Source of the DNA: Flaccisagitta enflata
Lineage: Eukaryota
Direction: 5' to 3'
DNA: 64,000 bases
Assembly: GCA_965153355.1 (NCBI GenBank)
Contig: OZ231126.1
Coordinates: 23,870,001-23,934,000 of the forward strand
The translations under genes and the position numbers were made by a program. Below the pieces are notes generated by a model, which made no database searches, was not told the origin of the DNA, and was given only the letters and a program-made list of their open reading frames with translations. Shown piece after piece: positions 20,817-34,383 of this stretch (the first letter of the stretch is position 1; every line of letters begins with the position of its first letter).

Positions 20817-21970
20817 GAAACAAGTGACGCGGGGTCACAATATCGTTGCGGACGGGTGGGTAGGGACATCCTACCCCCATCCATACCCCATGCCCCTCTC
20901 ACATGCACAAAAATCATCTGAAACGCTCATTTTCGCACTTTTCGACTTGTGTCCACGGACCAACCGACCGACGGACGGACAAAGCCTCTTATAGAGTTGC
21001 GTGTCCGCGACTGAAAAAGGAAAGGAAGGGAAAGGAAAGGAAGTGAAAGGAACAGAAAAGCAAGGAACAGATAAGAGGGGGAAAGAAAAGTCAGGGATGG
21101 AAAGGAAATAAACGGAATAGAAGGTAAATGAAAAGTAAAAAGAAGTGAAAGATGGAAAAGGGGAGGAAAGGGAAAGGAAAGATTGGATAGAAAATGAAAG
21201 ATAAAGGAAACGAAACGAGAGAAAAATGTTGGATTGAAGAAGAGGAAGAGAGGAATAGAAGGAAGGGAACAGGATAAAGAGGCGAAAAGGAGAGGGAAGA
21301 AATTAGTTGATGGGGGTGGGGTAAAAAGAACAGGATAAAAGAACAATGGAACCGAGGGAACGTAAGGAGAGAAGTTGTAAAGAAGGAGATAACAAGGCCG
21401 GATACACGGCCATCAGTTGCGGACGGGTGGGCAGGGGCGGAAATGCAACTGTCCGTAACTAAAAATGTTCTAAAACGCTCATTTGCTCACTTTTCGACTC
21501 ATGTCCACGGACCGACCAACAAACTGACGGACCGACCGACCTACGGACGGACAAAGCCTCTTATAGAGTTGCGTGTCCGCAACTAAAAACGGTGTTGAAA
21601 ACATGGAATTGATGATGAAAGAGAGCAGAATTACAGTTTTCAGAGGAGTTATGCTCATAAAATGCATTTGAAATTTTTCTCTTGACAGATGGCGGAGGTA
21701 TCACGACGGAGATGAAGGAAACGTCAGTGTAAAAAAATATCCAAAGTGATTGATTCTGATGAAGATGAACAAGGCCGGATACACGGCTACCGAAGTCGCG
21801 TGCGGGTGGGCAGGGGCCATATTTGAGGTCACCACACCAGTGAGGTCAAAGAAATAAAATCATAAAAAAAGTAAAGTGTGACCGACCGACCAACCGACCA
21901 ACCGACCAACCAACCGACCAACCGACCGACGGACAAAGCGGGTTGTAGAGTCGCGTGCACGCGACTAAAA
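20817..21970 (-). mobile_element. Three HINE-like family 1 copies (20817-21018, 21391-21590, 21768-21970)
   Basis: Each starts with AACAAG plus a hairpin and ends ...CGC(A/G)ACT-A(n), with internal tetranucleotide repeats. Confidence 0.72.
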
Positions 21971-22007
21971 ATGATGTAGAAAATAACTATGGTTGGACAT
22001 GGTTGTA

Positions 22008-22591
22008 ACACCCCTGACATAATTAGGCGAACTGGGAACATATGCCCTGGAGGGTGAAATATTGGCCCAAGCTCTTCAAGATTTGACATAGAGATAGCTA
22101 AAATGTCATATTTTAACATAGTTGAGCTACAGACGGCGATTATTTACTGGTAGAAGGGTGAGAAGGTGATAAGTCAGAAATGGCAAATCAGATTGTGACG
22201 GATTTTCCCAGAAATATTTTTACCAAAAGATGGCACAACCCTACAGCTGTTTTTTGCGGCCTATACCCAAGTTTTTTGGCCTTTGATGGCTAAAAACTCA
22301 TTCTGTAGATAAAACTAAGAGAGGAGGTCAAAGAAATGGGCAGGGCCAGCCCTTGAGGCTAAAAAAATGTGCAAAAAGAAACTTGGTAATGATGGACAAA
22401 GTGGAACTGTCTTTTATTAGAGAATGGCTATAAAATAGAATTTCAACCTATTCTTTTTGGTAATTTTGGCTGAACTTGGACGGTATTCACCTTAGCCCAT
22501 ATGTACATATCCCAAAGTACCATTTAAATCACTTTGTCAGGCTCAAATACATGTAATTCCACCCCAGTTCGCTTAATTTTGTCAGGGGTGT
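22008..22591. mobile_element. MITE, ~30-bp TIR, probable TA TSD
   Basis: TA|ACACCCCTGACAtAATTAgGCGAACTGGG ... CCCAGTTCGCtTAATTtTGTCAGGGGTGT|TA. Confidence 0.82.
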
Positions 22592-22891
22592 TATTACCCA
22601 ATTTGAACCCGCATGACTGACATGAAGTTCTTCCAATGCAGTATCAAGAAACAAGCACAGAGCCACAGTTGATTAAAGAAAATATACGTTGAAAGCTTTT
22701 CATAACAGTTTCTAGAGCAAGTTCAAACGCTTGGTTTGTCCGTTGGACCTTTTATTCATATCGCATGAGTTGATAAATGTTAAGACGCAAATTTTTGCCC
22801 CCGCCCCAGTCGGCGACAATAATGAAACCCCGCGTTACTTGCGATACTCTTAACGTGCTCTGTTCCTTCCTGTCCCGAGCCTTGAAATTGG

Positions 22892-23590
22892 TTATGATGC
22901 CCTACTAGAAATGGCGGGGATATCAGTAATCAAGGTGATGATGACGATGCTGTGGTGTTGTTGGCGATTTTGACAGAGACAAAAGTACTGCTTGCACAAT
23001 GTTTCAGGTGTGATTTGTGTTTGAGTTCCCCTGTTCGGAACAGATAGCTCACGAGACGCTGGTTCTACTAGCGTTTCTTTTTTTCGAAAAACAGTGGTAG
23101 TGTCTTGGTCTTTGTCTTGGTACCCCGGAGGCGGGGCCGGCGGGGGGAGTGGGGGGATTGGTTTTGGCCAAACTGAGAAATTCGGCGAAAGTACCAAAGG
23201 TTTCGGTAACGGCAAATCGGGCGTTGATAGCGGTGGTCTCTGTATGGGTTGATGGCATTGGCGGCGTTTACAAAACTGGTGGTACCGTGGAAGTGGTACG
23301 GGTCTCAGACTTTCACTAAGGAGGGAAATGGCAACGGCGGGTATGAAAAGGCGGCAACAGCGAAGGTTTTGGCGTGGAACAGATGGTATCGGTTGTTTCG
23401 GAAAAGCAGGTTGTAGTGAGCAAGCTAAGGTCTTGATAGAAAGGGGAACTGACAACGGCGGTCTTTGCGGCTTAGGAAGCGGGTTTCGGAGGCGCGGAAA
23501 GGAATTTATCTCGGTGACAAGGTGTTGATGAAACCGCGCAAGTGATGACTCTCTCGGCCTCACCCTTTGCTCCAAAAAGTTGATTACATT
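22892..23590 (-). other. Pro-rich open frame of uncertain coding status
   Basis: ~230 stop-free codons of non-microsatellite sequence with recurring PLPKP and QRPPLS motifs. No clear start, splice acceptor or recognisable domain. Confidence 0.25.
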
Positions 23591-23844
23591 TCCTCTTTTT
23601 CTTTTCCTCTTCCTCCTTTCTTCCTTCTTTCTTCCTTCTTCCTCTCCTCCTCCTCCTCCTCCTCCTCCTCCTCCTCCTCCTCCACCTTCCTCGACTTCAT
23701 CGACTTTCGTTCCTTCGACTTTCCTTATATCATTCACTTTAGGTTCTTTTTCTTTTTCCTTTTCAGTTGCTTTTGTTCCTCTCCGTTTTTTCCTTTTTTT
23801 CCTACCTCTTTTGTTCTTTTTTTTTTCTAATATGTTTTAGTAAA

Positions 23845-24097
23845 AAACAAGGTCATTAGACCTAAGTCGCGTGCGTCGGCACTTTCAAAAAAAGTCAGAC
23901 AGACAGACAAACAGTTTTTTCTCCAAAAAGACATTTAAAACAGCTTTTTACTGCACCAAGCTTCTTCTCCACTACTTAGAGACGTTTAAAACGCGGTAAA
24001 AAATCTTTAAAACAACTTTGTCACCGACGGACCGACGGACGGACGGACCGACGGACCGAAAAGTGACTTATAGAGTTGCGTAGCACGCGACTAAAAA
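23845..24097 (-). mobile_element. HINE-like family 1 copy
   Basis: AAACAAGGTC..GACC hairpin, AGTCGCGTGC subTIR, ends GCACGCGACTAAAAA. Confidence 0.65.
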
Positions 24098-24368
24098 CCC
24101 ATAGTTAAAACATGACATTCCTTCTCCGCCTATGCTTCATGTCCAAACCCAAAATTCTCCCACCTCACTTCGTTATCATTCCTCTTTCTGTTTTTTCCTT
24201 TTTCCTCTCTTCTTGTTCTCGGTTGTCTTTCTGATTTTCTTTGGTCTCACTCTTCCTCCCTCACTACTTGCCTATACTTCTGACTTGGTGTCTGCCTGTC
24301 AGTCACCCAATCTATCCATCTGTCTATCTTTCTGTCTGTTTATCAGAATTTGACTCTCCATCCGTCTA

Positions 24369-24428
<60 letters not shown>

Positions 24429-24563
24429 CGCCGGCAACCGGCGCCGACTTCCGGAAGCTTCCCGGATGTTGTATACAAGTTTATTGCTTTTGGAATCAGG
24501 AGACCAAAAAACGGTAACTAAGGAAAACTCTTTTTCGAAGAAGATGAAGACACAAAGAAGGAA

Positions 24564-25270
<707 letters not shown>

Positions 25271-25449
25271 ACCCGGTTTCGTTTTATGGCCCCTCGTAAA
25301 AACAGAGATACTAAGATTCCAATTTGGCTGGAGAAAAACAGAGCCGTGGTGACGAGGACTTGGGTGCGGGATTAAAAGAGTTGGGTAAAGTATGCAGTGA
25401 TAAATTCATGTGTGGTTACGTAAAAGTTTGTTAATGATCAGAGTGGTTA

Positions 25450-25632
25450 TAATTGAACCCCGCTCTAACAAACCCGCCACCAATGAAATTCCGCCTATCA
25501 TGGATGCAAATTCACAGTACCTTCAAGTTCAACTGATTTCTTTTTATCTCCTCTATTGGTTATGACAGAACTCCGCCTATTACAAATAAGATTTGTTGGT
25601 CCTTTGAAATCCGTTAGAGCGGGGTTCAACTG
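25450..25632. mobile_element. pogo/Tigger-like MITE
   Basis: TIR (t)AaTTGAACCCCGCTCTAAC ... GTTAGAGCGGGGTTCAACTG; a related end fragment occurs at ~48405-48430. Confidence 0.75.
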
Positions 25633-25661
25633 AGCGAAACTGAACGAAAGAAATACGCAGG

Positions 25662-25782
25662 GAAGTACCGGTCATAGCGAGTTTGGAAGTGCCGGGCATA
25701 GCATGTTTAGCAGTGCCGGTCATAGCATGTTTGGCAGTGCCAGTCAAAGAATGTTTGTCAGTGCCAGTTAAAGCATGTTTAG
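25662..25782. repeat. 24-bp tandem repeat, ~5 copies
   Basis: GTGCCGGTCATAGCATGTTTGGCA variants. Confidence 0.8.
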
Positions 25783-26104
25783 AAAATTCGACAAACCAAC
25801 ATGTATCGACATTGTGACGGAATAGTTGCGCGGGTGGGTATATAGCTATAGCAAGCCGACATTCGGTCTTTCCCGATGTTAAAAAAGAAACACATACTAA
25901 AAAACAAGGCCGGAGCCATGGCCATTAAGTAGTCGCTTGGGTGTGGGCCGGGGCAGTAATGGGGGTAGGTAGGGGCAGCATGTGGCAGGGCGGGGCTGTC
26001 ATGTGGCTGGGCAGGGGCGGTGATGCTTAGAAATCAATATTTCAGTCAATTTCGCGTCATCTTGATTTTCGCGTTACCAACCAACCAACATACCTACCTA
26101 CGTC

Positions 26105-28405
26105 ACGGTGATATCAGTATGATTTGCGCATGAAAAGTTGAAATAAAAGGTGCGAAATTGGTGGATTTACAAAGAAAATTGGATTTTGTGCATAGGACAT
26201 GTCTCGCGTTAAATTCTAAGAAATACTGAGATATATCGTGAGCGATTTACCCTGCGTTAATTAACGGCACATTAACGCCTCTAATTAACAAAATTGTTAA
26301 TAAAAGGCAAAAAAGTACCATTAATTAACGGTGGTTTTTATGCTGTTAATTAACACTTAAAAAACAGTTGTTAATTAACGGTATATAGGTACCATGAAAT
26401 TAACTAAGAAAATTTTTTCAGAAATTCAATGAAAATCAGTGCTAAAAAATGTTGTTAATTATCAGGTACCTATATGCTGATAATTAACATGCTATTTTTG
26501 ATGTTAATTAACACCCCATTTTATGCGTTAATTAACACAAAAAAAATATAGATTATTAACAAATTGTTAAGAATATACAATTTTTTGGTGTTAATTAACG
26601 GGTGAAATGTGGTGTTAATTAACATCAAAAACAGTGTGTTAATTAACTCAAAAAAATATAGATTATCAACAATCTGATCAGGTACCTATATGCTGTTAAT
26701 CAACATGCTGTTTTTTATATTAATTAACACCAGATTTCATGCGTTAATTAACACAAAAAAAATACAGATTATTAACAAATTGTTTAGAATATACAATTTT
26801 TTTGTGTTAATTAACGGGTGAAATGTGGTGTTAATTAACATAAAAAACAGCCTGTTAATTAACACAAAAAAAATATTGATGATTAACAAATTGTTGAAGA
26901 TATACAATTTTTTTGTACCAATTAACGGGTCAAATGTGGTGTTAATTAACAGCATAGAGTTACCTGATCAATTTGTTAATAATCTATATTTAATCTGTGT
27001 TAATTAACACACTGTTTTTGATGATAATTAACACCATATTTCATGCTTAAATTAACCCTAAAACATTGTATATTTTCAACAATTTGTTTTTAATCCATAT
27101 TCTTTATGTGTTGAATAACGCATGAAATGTGGTGTTAATTAACATCAAAAACAGTGTGTTAATTAACACAGAAAATTATAGATTATTAACAAATTGATAA
27201 AGTACCTCTATGTTGTTAATTAACACCAGATTTCACCCGTTAATTAATACAAAAAAATTGTATATCTTTAACAATTTGTTAATCATCAATATTTTTTGTT
27301 GTTAATTAACGCATGAAATTTAGTGTTAACATAAAAAACAGCATGTTGATTAACAGCATATATGTACCCAATCAATTTATCAATAATCTGTATTTTTCCT
27401 GTGTTAATTAACAGGCTGTTTTTGATGTTATTTAACACCACATTTCACCCATTAATTAATACCAAAAAATTGTATGTCTTTATTAATTTGTTAATAATCT
27501 AAGTTTTTTTGTGTTAATTAACAGGTGGAATATAGTGTTAATTAACATCAAAAACAGCATGTTAATTAACAGCATAGAGGTACCTGATCAATTATTTAAT
27601 AATTTATATTTTTTTGTGTGTTAATTAACGCATGAAATCTGGTGTTAATTAATACAAAAAACAGCATATTGATTAACAGCATATAGGTACCTGATCAAAT
27701 TGTTAATAATCTATATTTTTTTTGTGTTAATTTACACACTGTTTTTGATGTTTATTAACACCATATTTCACCTGTTAATTAACACAAAAAAATTGTAAAT
27801 TTTTAACAATTTGTTAATAATCTATATTTTTTTTGTGTTAATTAACACATAAAATGGGGTGTTAATTAACATCAAAAATAGCATGTTAATTAACAGCATA
27901 TAGGTACCTGATAATTAACAACAGCTTTTAGCACTTATTTTCATTGAATTTCTCAAAAATAAAAAAATGTTTTTCTTAGTTAATTTTATGGTACCTATAT
28001 AGTGTTAATTAACGGCGTTAAAGTACTGTTAATTACCATGGCCAAAATCAGGGACGATATACCAGGAAATACTCCAAACATGAAAATTCGCATGTTGAAT
28101 AACATGGGTCATGGCGTCGGTCTTAATACGTAAAGGGCAACAGAAACAGTTCTATGATTTTGCATGACAACATTTAACTTTTCGTGCACTTTTTTTTAAG
28201 AGTTTGATGCTTCACTCAGTATCCTGGGACATTGCCAATGCGAAATCAATACCATTGATCAGTTTTTCGTTTTTTCACCTGCTCTAGAGAGTATGATAAG
28301 AGTATGACTGTGTGAGACTGAAATCTTATTAATAGCTCCATTACATTGCAGCGCATTTCTCTTTAAAAGAGAATGTTCAGTCGAATTTGCTGTTTCTCTA
28401 CACTT
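26105..28405. mobile_element. ~2.3-kb insertion interrupting a HINE-like element and carrying a foldback array
   Basis: One half of the HINE is at 25900-26104 and the other at 28410-28460. CGTC occurs at both junctions (26101-26104, 28406-28409). Confidence 0.55.
26370..28013. repeat. Foldback (long inverted-repeat) array of GTTAATTAAC modules
   Basis: 26370-~26782 is the near reverse complement of ~27590-28013; the centre is built of the same modules in both orientations, with dozens of TTAATTAA palindromes. Confidence 0.9.
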
Positions 28406-29478
28406 CGTCCTACCCACTAACGGACACATCCTCTTATAGTAGCAAGGGGATACCTAAAAATTCTATCTCACTTTTTCGGATAATATTGATGAAATAAGCC
28501 TAATAAGGTATTTTTAAAAGTATATCTTCAATGAAATATTGACCAGGAACAATTTTTATACAAACCAGACAATGATAACTAAACGGAATTTGAGTTAAAA
28601 TAATCGTTCATTTCTGCTTTCTGCCTTCCACCAAAGTTGTTTTGCTCAGTAGTTTTCATTTAAATATGCCCTGGAAAGATGTGATCGGGAGAAGGGGTGC
28701 ATATTGGAGAAAATATTTTTTGAAAACAGTTTTCAACAGTATGAAATCTACTCTATCGCATATGTGTGAATCGCGCGTATGGAAGAATTTTGAGACTCCC
28801 TTCTATTCATTCAAAGATGATAGTTTTTTCAGCATTTTCTCAGGATTCCGTTTCTTATTTTTTCTCGTTTTTCAATGTTGCTTGATTGTCTCAGGTGTGA
28901 TTTGACGTATATCTGCCCATGTGAGCATATTTAAAGCTTTTAACCATGTTTTCACCATTTATCTCATGTATATCAAACTCATTTTTACGCACAAATTAGA
29001 CATTTTTCAACGATAGATCACAGTGTTTTGAACAGTTACGTGACCGGTCTCTACTATAACTTATAGAGTCACTCAGCAAGCGACTTAAAGCAGGAAAAAT
29101 GAAAAGAAAAGAAAAACGAGCTAAACAGAAATCTCTTTCTTGAATTTTCATTTTTTTCCCTCTGTGCGCCGGCCGCCGGCCGCTTCCTCTTTCTTCATGT
29201 GTGGTGCCACTGTTGATGCTGCTGCTGTTGATGTTGCTACTGCTGCAGCTGCTGTGGCTCCAGCTGCTAATTGCGCCAGAGCCAGGGCCTCCTAAACTAC
29301 GCAAGTTTTTTCTTTCGTTCAGTGAATCTGACAGTCGAGTATTTCTGAGATTGAGTACTTGCATGATGTAATTTGATTTATTGCTGTAAAAAACGAGACA
29401 GGTCATTCTAAGAAAAAAAGACGTTGCTCGCACAGAAATTTTTGTTTTTTCATGACATCATCAAATTCATCACTCTCT

Positions 29479-29568
<90 letters not shown>

Positions 29569-29581
29569 ATTTTTCCATCTC

Positions 29582-29955
29582 TTTAGTCGCGGACACGCGA
29601 CTCTAGAACTTGCCGTGTCGGTCGGTAGGTCGGTCGGTAGGTCGATCGGTAGGTCGGTTGGTAGGTCAAATTTTTTAATTCCGAGCGATTTTCGACTTTA
29701 CATGTGTTTCTTTCTGATCTTTTAAATTTGTCCTTTAAATCTGCCAATTTTCATCTGTCATTTTAAATCTGTTAATTTTCATCTATCATTTTAAATCTGT
29801 CATTTTTTGTTAAATCGATTTTCATTTCCTCTTCTTTATCATTTTCTAAGCTATCTGATTTCTTCTTCGTCTGATCTTGGTTTTTCTATTAACCACAAAT
29901 AATAGCTCCTGCCCAACCGTCCGCGACTCGATTGCCGTGTATCCGGCCTTGTTTT
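29582..29955 (+). mobile_element. HINE-like family 1 variant (AGTCGCGGAC subTIR)
   Basis: AGTCGCGGACACGCGACT ... GTCCGCGACT ... GCCGTGTATCCGGCCTTGTTTTT; related to 60063-60225. Confidence 0.7.
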
Positions 29956-30102
29956 TCTCTCTCTCTCCCACATGGCCGTCTTGCATGGGGGTTTGATAAC
30001 TCAAGATTTAGTTTTAGTGCCCTTGACTTGGTCCCAGATCACCACAAATCCAACACAGCTCACATAATCATTAGCTCTAGCTTAATGATACCGCCTTAAT
30101 GG

Positions 30103-30152
<50 letters not shown>

Positions 30153-31093
30153 CTGTCGCCGGGTCTCTCTATATCATTCTCAGTACTGTCTTTTATGCAG
30201 TTTCTTGTTCACCCGAGCCTCTGTGTGAAGACGCAGTTGACCTCCAAAGCTTTCGACATCAACTGTTATCTTCATCTCCTTCAAACATTGTCTTTTTCCT
30301 TCTTTTTGCCGTTATTTGACCTTCTTCGGCTCCTCGCGAAACCGTCTTTGTTTTTCAATGTTACTGATGCATTTGTTCTATTTTGCTCTTTGACTTTGTC
30401 GCTCGTTTCGTCGGGATTCGAAACCGTGCAGCTTCTCGAATTCCGATGGTTACCGAAGCACCTTTTTCAAATGAGCTTGTGTTCATCAGCTCATGGCTTT
30501 TCTTGTTTTGCCTGTGCGGTGGATAAGTTGAGTAATTGTCGTCCGACTAGTATTAGGGGCTCCAGGACAATGCAATAGGTTTTAGGTGAATTACGGGCCC
30601 ACGCGTCCTCCATTGCAGACCCATTGATACAGAAGCGACTTTTCGACCGCCCTTCATATTAGTGGGAACAGGAAACTTAAGGATCGTTCAACTCTTACTG
30701 AACAAATGTAAGTGATCATACTGTTCATTCATCTAAATTTTATAAAATCGGGGCTGGCAAAGTTTTTTGTCATTTTCGTTTTTTCATACTCTCTTGGCTT
30801 TCATTCCAATGTTTGCCCTAAAATGATATTTGTTAATGAGTGAAACGTCTCGTGACTGATATTCTGTCTGTCTGTTGCCAAAAAACTCATAATACGACAA
30901 TATGCAAATAAGCTTTTTTACGCAAAAACACTTGAGACAAGACATGAAGACTCATCTTTTCATTGCATCCTTTAACATGTTTTCTCACGTACCAGTAGAT
31001 TTGTTTCACCAATCTTCATTAATCATTGCACGAACGCTTATAAGCACTATTTCATTCATTCGTTCATTTCTAATAGGTATTCATCGATTAACT

Positions 31094-31534
<441 letters not shown>

Positions 31535-32212
31535 CAAGACAGAACATTCATCAAACATCACGTACGTAGTCGACACTTTTTTCGAAATCGTGTCCTATTT
31601 TTTCTGATATCAAATTATCTTATTTCTTTTCTTTTTCTCCGCCGCGCCGCCCTCACCATCAACGCAGCCGCCGTCACCATCCACGCAACAGCACCACTAT
31701 CGTAGCAGCCGCCGCTCCCGAAGCTCTCCAATTTTGTTGGTGGCACCGCCAGACAAGGGAAGGGAGGTGGAGGTGGAGGAGGAGAGGGAGGAGGAGGAGG
31801 AAGAGAAAGAGGAGGAAGTAGGGCCTAAAAAAGAGGCCATCTGAGGATCGCTTTGACCTCAGCATGACCTCGCCAAGTCGTAACAGGTATCTCCCTCGCG
31901 GCCAAACTCAAAACGAATAAATTCGCTTCTTGTTTTTGTTCCTTCAAATGCGTCATCGCATCTTCATGCTAAATAAGACAGTCTGTCCCTCCGTCCGTCC
32001 ATTGGTTCGTCCAAATTTATGTATGACCGTTACTTCTATTCAAAAACAAAGCGGATGACGCATCGACTTGCCTCAATGTGCTTGTCTGCTCGTTTTCTGT
32101 TAAGATCAAAATGTCTTCATATTAATTGTTTCGGTCCCTATATTTCTCCGTCCTGTATGTCATCCATCTTTTGATTACATCAGTGTCGTCTCTGCTGTCC
32201 CGTTTGTCCATA

Positions 32213-32590
32213 TTTTTAGTTGCGTACACGCAACTCTATATGAGGCTTTGTTTGTCCGTCGGTTCGTTGGTCCATCTGTCCGTTAGTCCGTGATGATCAA
32301 GTTGAAAAGTGCGAAAACACGCATTTTTGATGCTGCGGTTGAATTACAACCCCTGCCCACCCGCCCTCAACGATATTGTGACCCCCGCCTCACTTGATTT
32401 CTTTTTATCCATGTTCATTTCTCTCTCTACCACCCTTTCCGTATCTTTTTAGTCGCGTGCACGCTACTCTACAACCCGCTCTGTCCGTCGGTCGGTCGGT
32501 CGATCGGTCGGTCACACTTTGATTTTCTTAGCTTTGCCGCCCCTGCCCACCCGCATGCGACTAAGGTAGCCGTGTATCCGGCCTTGTTTC
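32213..32590 (+). mobile_element. Two adjacent HINE-like copies (32213-32400, 32446-32590)
   Basis: Same subTIR, microsatellite and hairpin layout as the other family 1 copies. Confidence 0.7.
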
Positions 32591-32596
32591 CTTTCT

Positions 32597-32707
<111 letters not shown>

Positions 32708-33239
32708 ATTAAATCTGTCACCCGTGTATCCCCGTCTGCGGTACATCAGAGTGTTGCGATAAGGTTGAATTATGAGTCGGTACTTAATGCGTCTGCTCTC
32801 ATTCTGCCCTCATTTCGCCCAATTCGGTCAATCGTCCTCTGAATTTTTCATGATCATTCCAATGTGAATGTGAGAAATGGACGAAAGGATCCGGATTTGG
32901 TAATACGAATCGGTATGACTCGTATGAGCCATGAGGGCAATCAGAATGTACACATTGGGTTGTACCTTGATTGAGCTGGTTGCAACTCACTAACGTTATG
33001 GACATTTTACCGACAGACGGACCGACAGAGGAACTTAATGAGAAACCTTTGCGCGACTGAAAAGATTCAAAGCAGTATTATGACCAGTTATTCCGTTGGC
33101 GTTATTATGGCATTATCGTCCCAAATAGGGGAACGACGTATCAAAACTCCTAGTATGCAGCAGTTTCAAAACGTCCAAGAAACCAATTATGCATACAACA
33201 ACGTCCTTTTGTGGTTGTAATCTGGGGTTTCAAAACGCA

Positions 33240-34383
33240 GGCATAGTTGCCGTTTTGAAACCGCGGTTTTTGGGAGTATCAAAACGGCATAAAAAGGGCT
33301 TTTGAAAACGTGACTAAAATAACATTTCTTTCTCACTTCTTGCCAGTTTTTTTTTTCTTTTTTTTTAAAACTGAAGAAATGAACTTTTTCAAACAGTGGC
33401 AGTGACAGTGGCAGTAAAATCATGAAATATGAAATCGCCGTTCCCATACGCAATTTTTTTTGCAGTTTTAAAACTTTAAAAAAGTTGCTTGAAAAAACGT
33501 TTCATAAATTCAATTTTTTGCAGTTTCAAAACTGTAAAAAGTAAGCTTTTTGTAACATCCTTGAAAGTAGTAAAACATTACACATAAGCAAATTTACATA
33601 AAATACAAGTGACATGGAGTCACAATTCAACAACAATAGGACGGCAAGCATTTGATGCTTCAAGTTTCACACATATAGGGAATTTTCTCCTCCTCCTCCT
33701 CCTCCTCCTCCTCCACACCCCCCCCCTTCCCCCAAGCTCTAGGCCCATATCTCAGCCTCGAGGCCCATATCTCAGCCACAAGGTCAATATCCCAGTCTCG
33801 AGGCCCAAATCCCTTGAGGCTGGAATTTGGGCCTTGGGGTTGTGATTTGGGCCTTGAGGTTGGAATTTGGGCCTCACATCTGGGATTTGGGCCTCGAGGC
33901 TGGGATAGAAGCCTCAAGGCTGGGATATGGGCCTTTAGGTTGGGGGAAAGGGGGATACGAAGGAGAAGGAGGGGGAGAAAATTCCCCATATGTATGAAAG
34001 CATAGGTCATCAACCCCTTTGGGTTCGCTGGCCAAAAGGATGTCTTTCAGATTCAGTTTCATGGAAAACCAAGAGCGGCGCGTGTATTAGCCAGTCAGTG
34101 AGGGCTAATGGGAACCTCATCCATTTATTTCAGTTTGGGTAAAGTAAATTGTTCAACCTAGCATATAACCATGTTTCAATTTTTAAACACATTTTTTCTC
34201 AGTTTCAATACTTCAATTTTTTGCGTTTTCAAAACGGTAAAAAAGGTGATAAGATTACAAAGATATATAGATTTTTTCACTTGCTGGCTGTAACTTAAGC
34301 ACTGTTTTCAAGCGTTTTGAAACGCAAAAATCTCATCGTTTTAAAACTTTAGAATTGCGAAGTTTTGAAACGGCAACTATGCC
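33240..34383. mobile_element. Non-autonomous TIR element (superfamily unresolved) with a nested family 2 repeat
   Basis: Perfect 16-bp TIR GGCATAGTTGCCGTTT ... AAACGGCAACTATGCC and many internal GTTT(T/C)(G/A)AAAC motifs; the TSD is not clean. Confidence 0.7.
33660..34040. mobile_element. Family 2 element with 20-bp minisatellite in two orientations
   Basis: GAGGCTGGGATTTGGGCCTC-type units and the AAAGCATAGGTCAT..CCCTTTGGG end shared with the copies near 40240, 48870, 54355 and 62000. Confidence 0.65.

Noticed and set aside
30460-30495. CTGATGA...GAAA hammerhead-like core on the minus strand
   Set aside because: No stem II or flanking stems can be formed.
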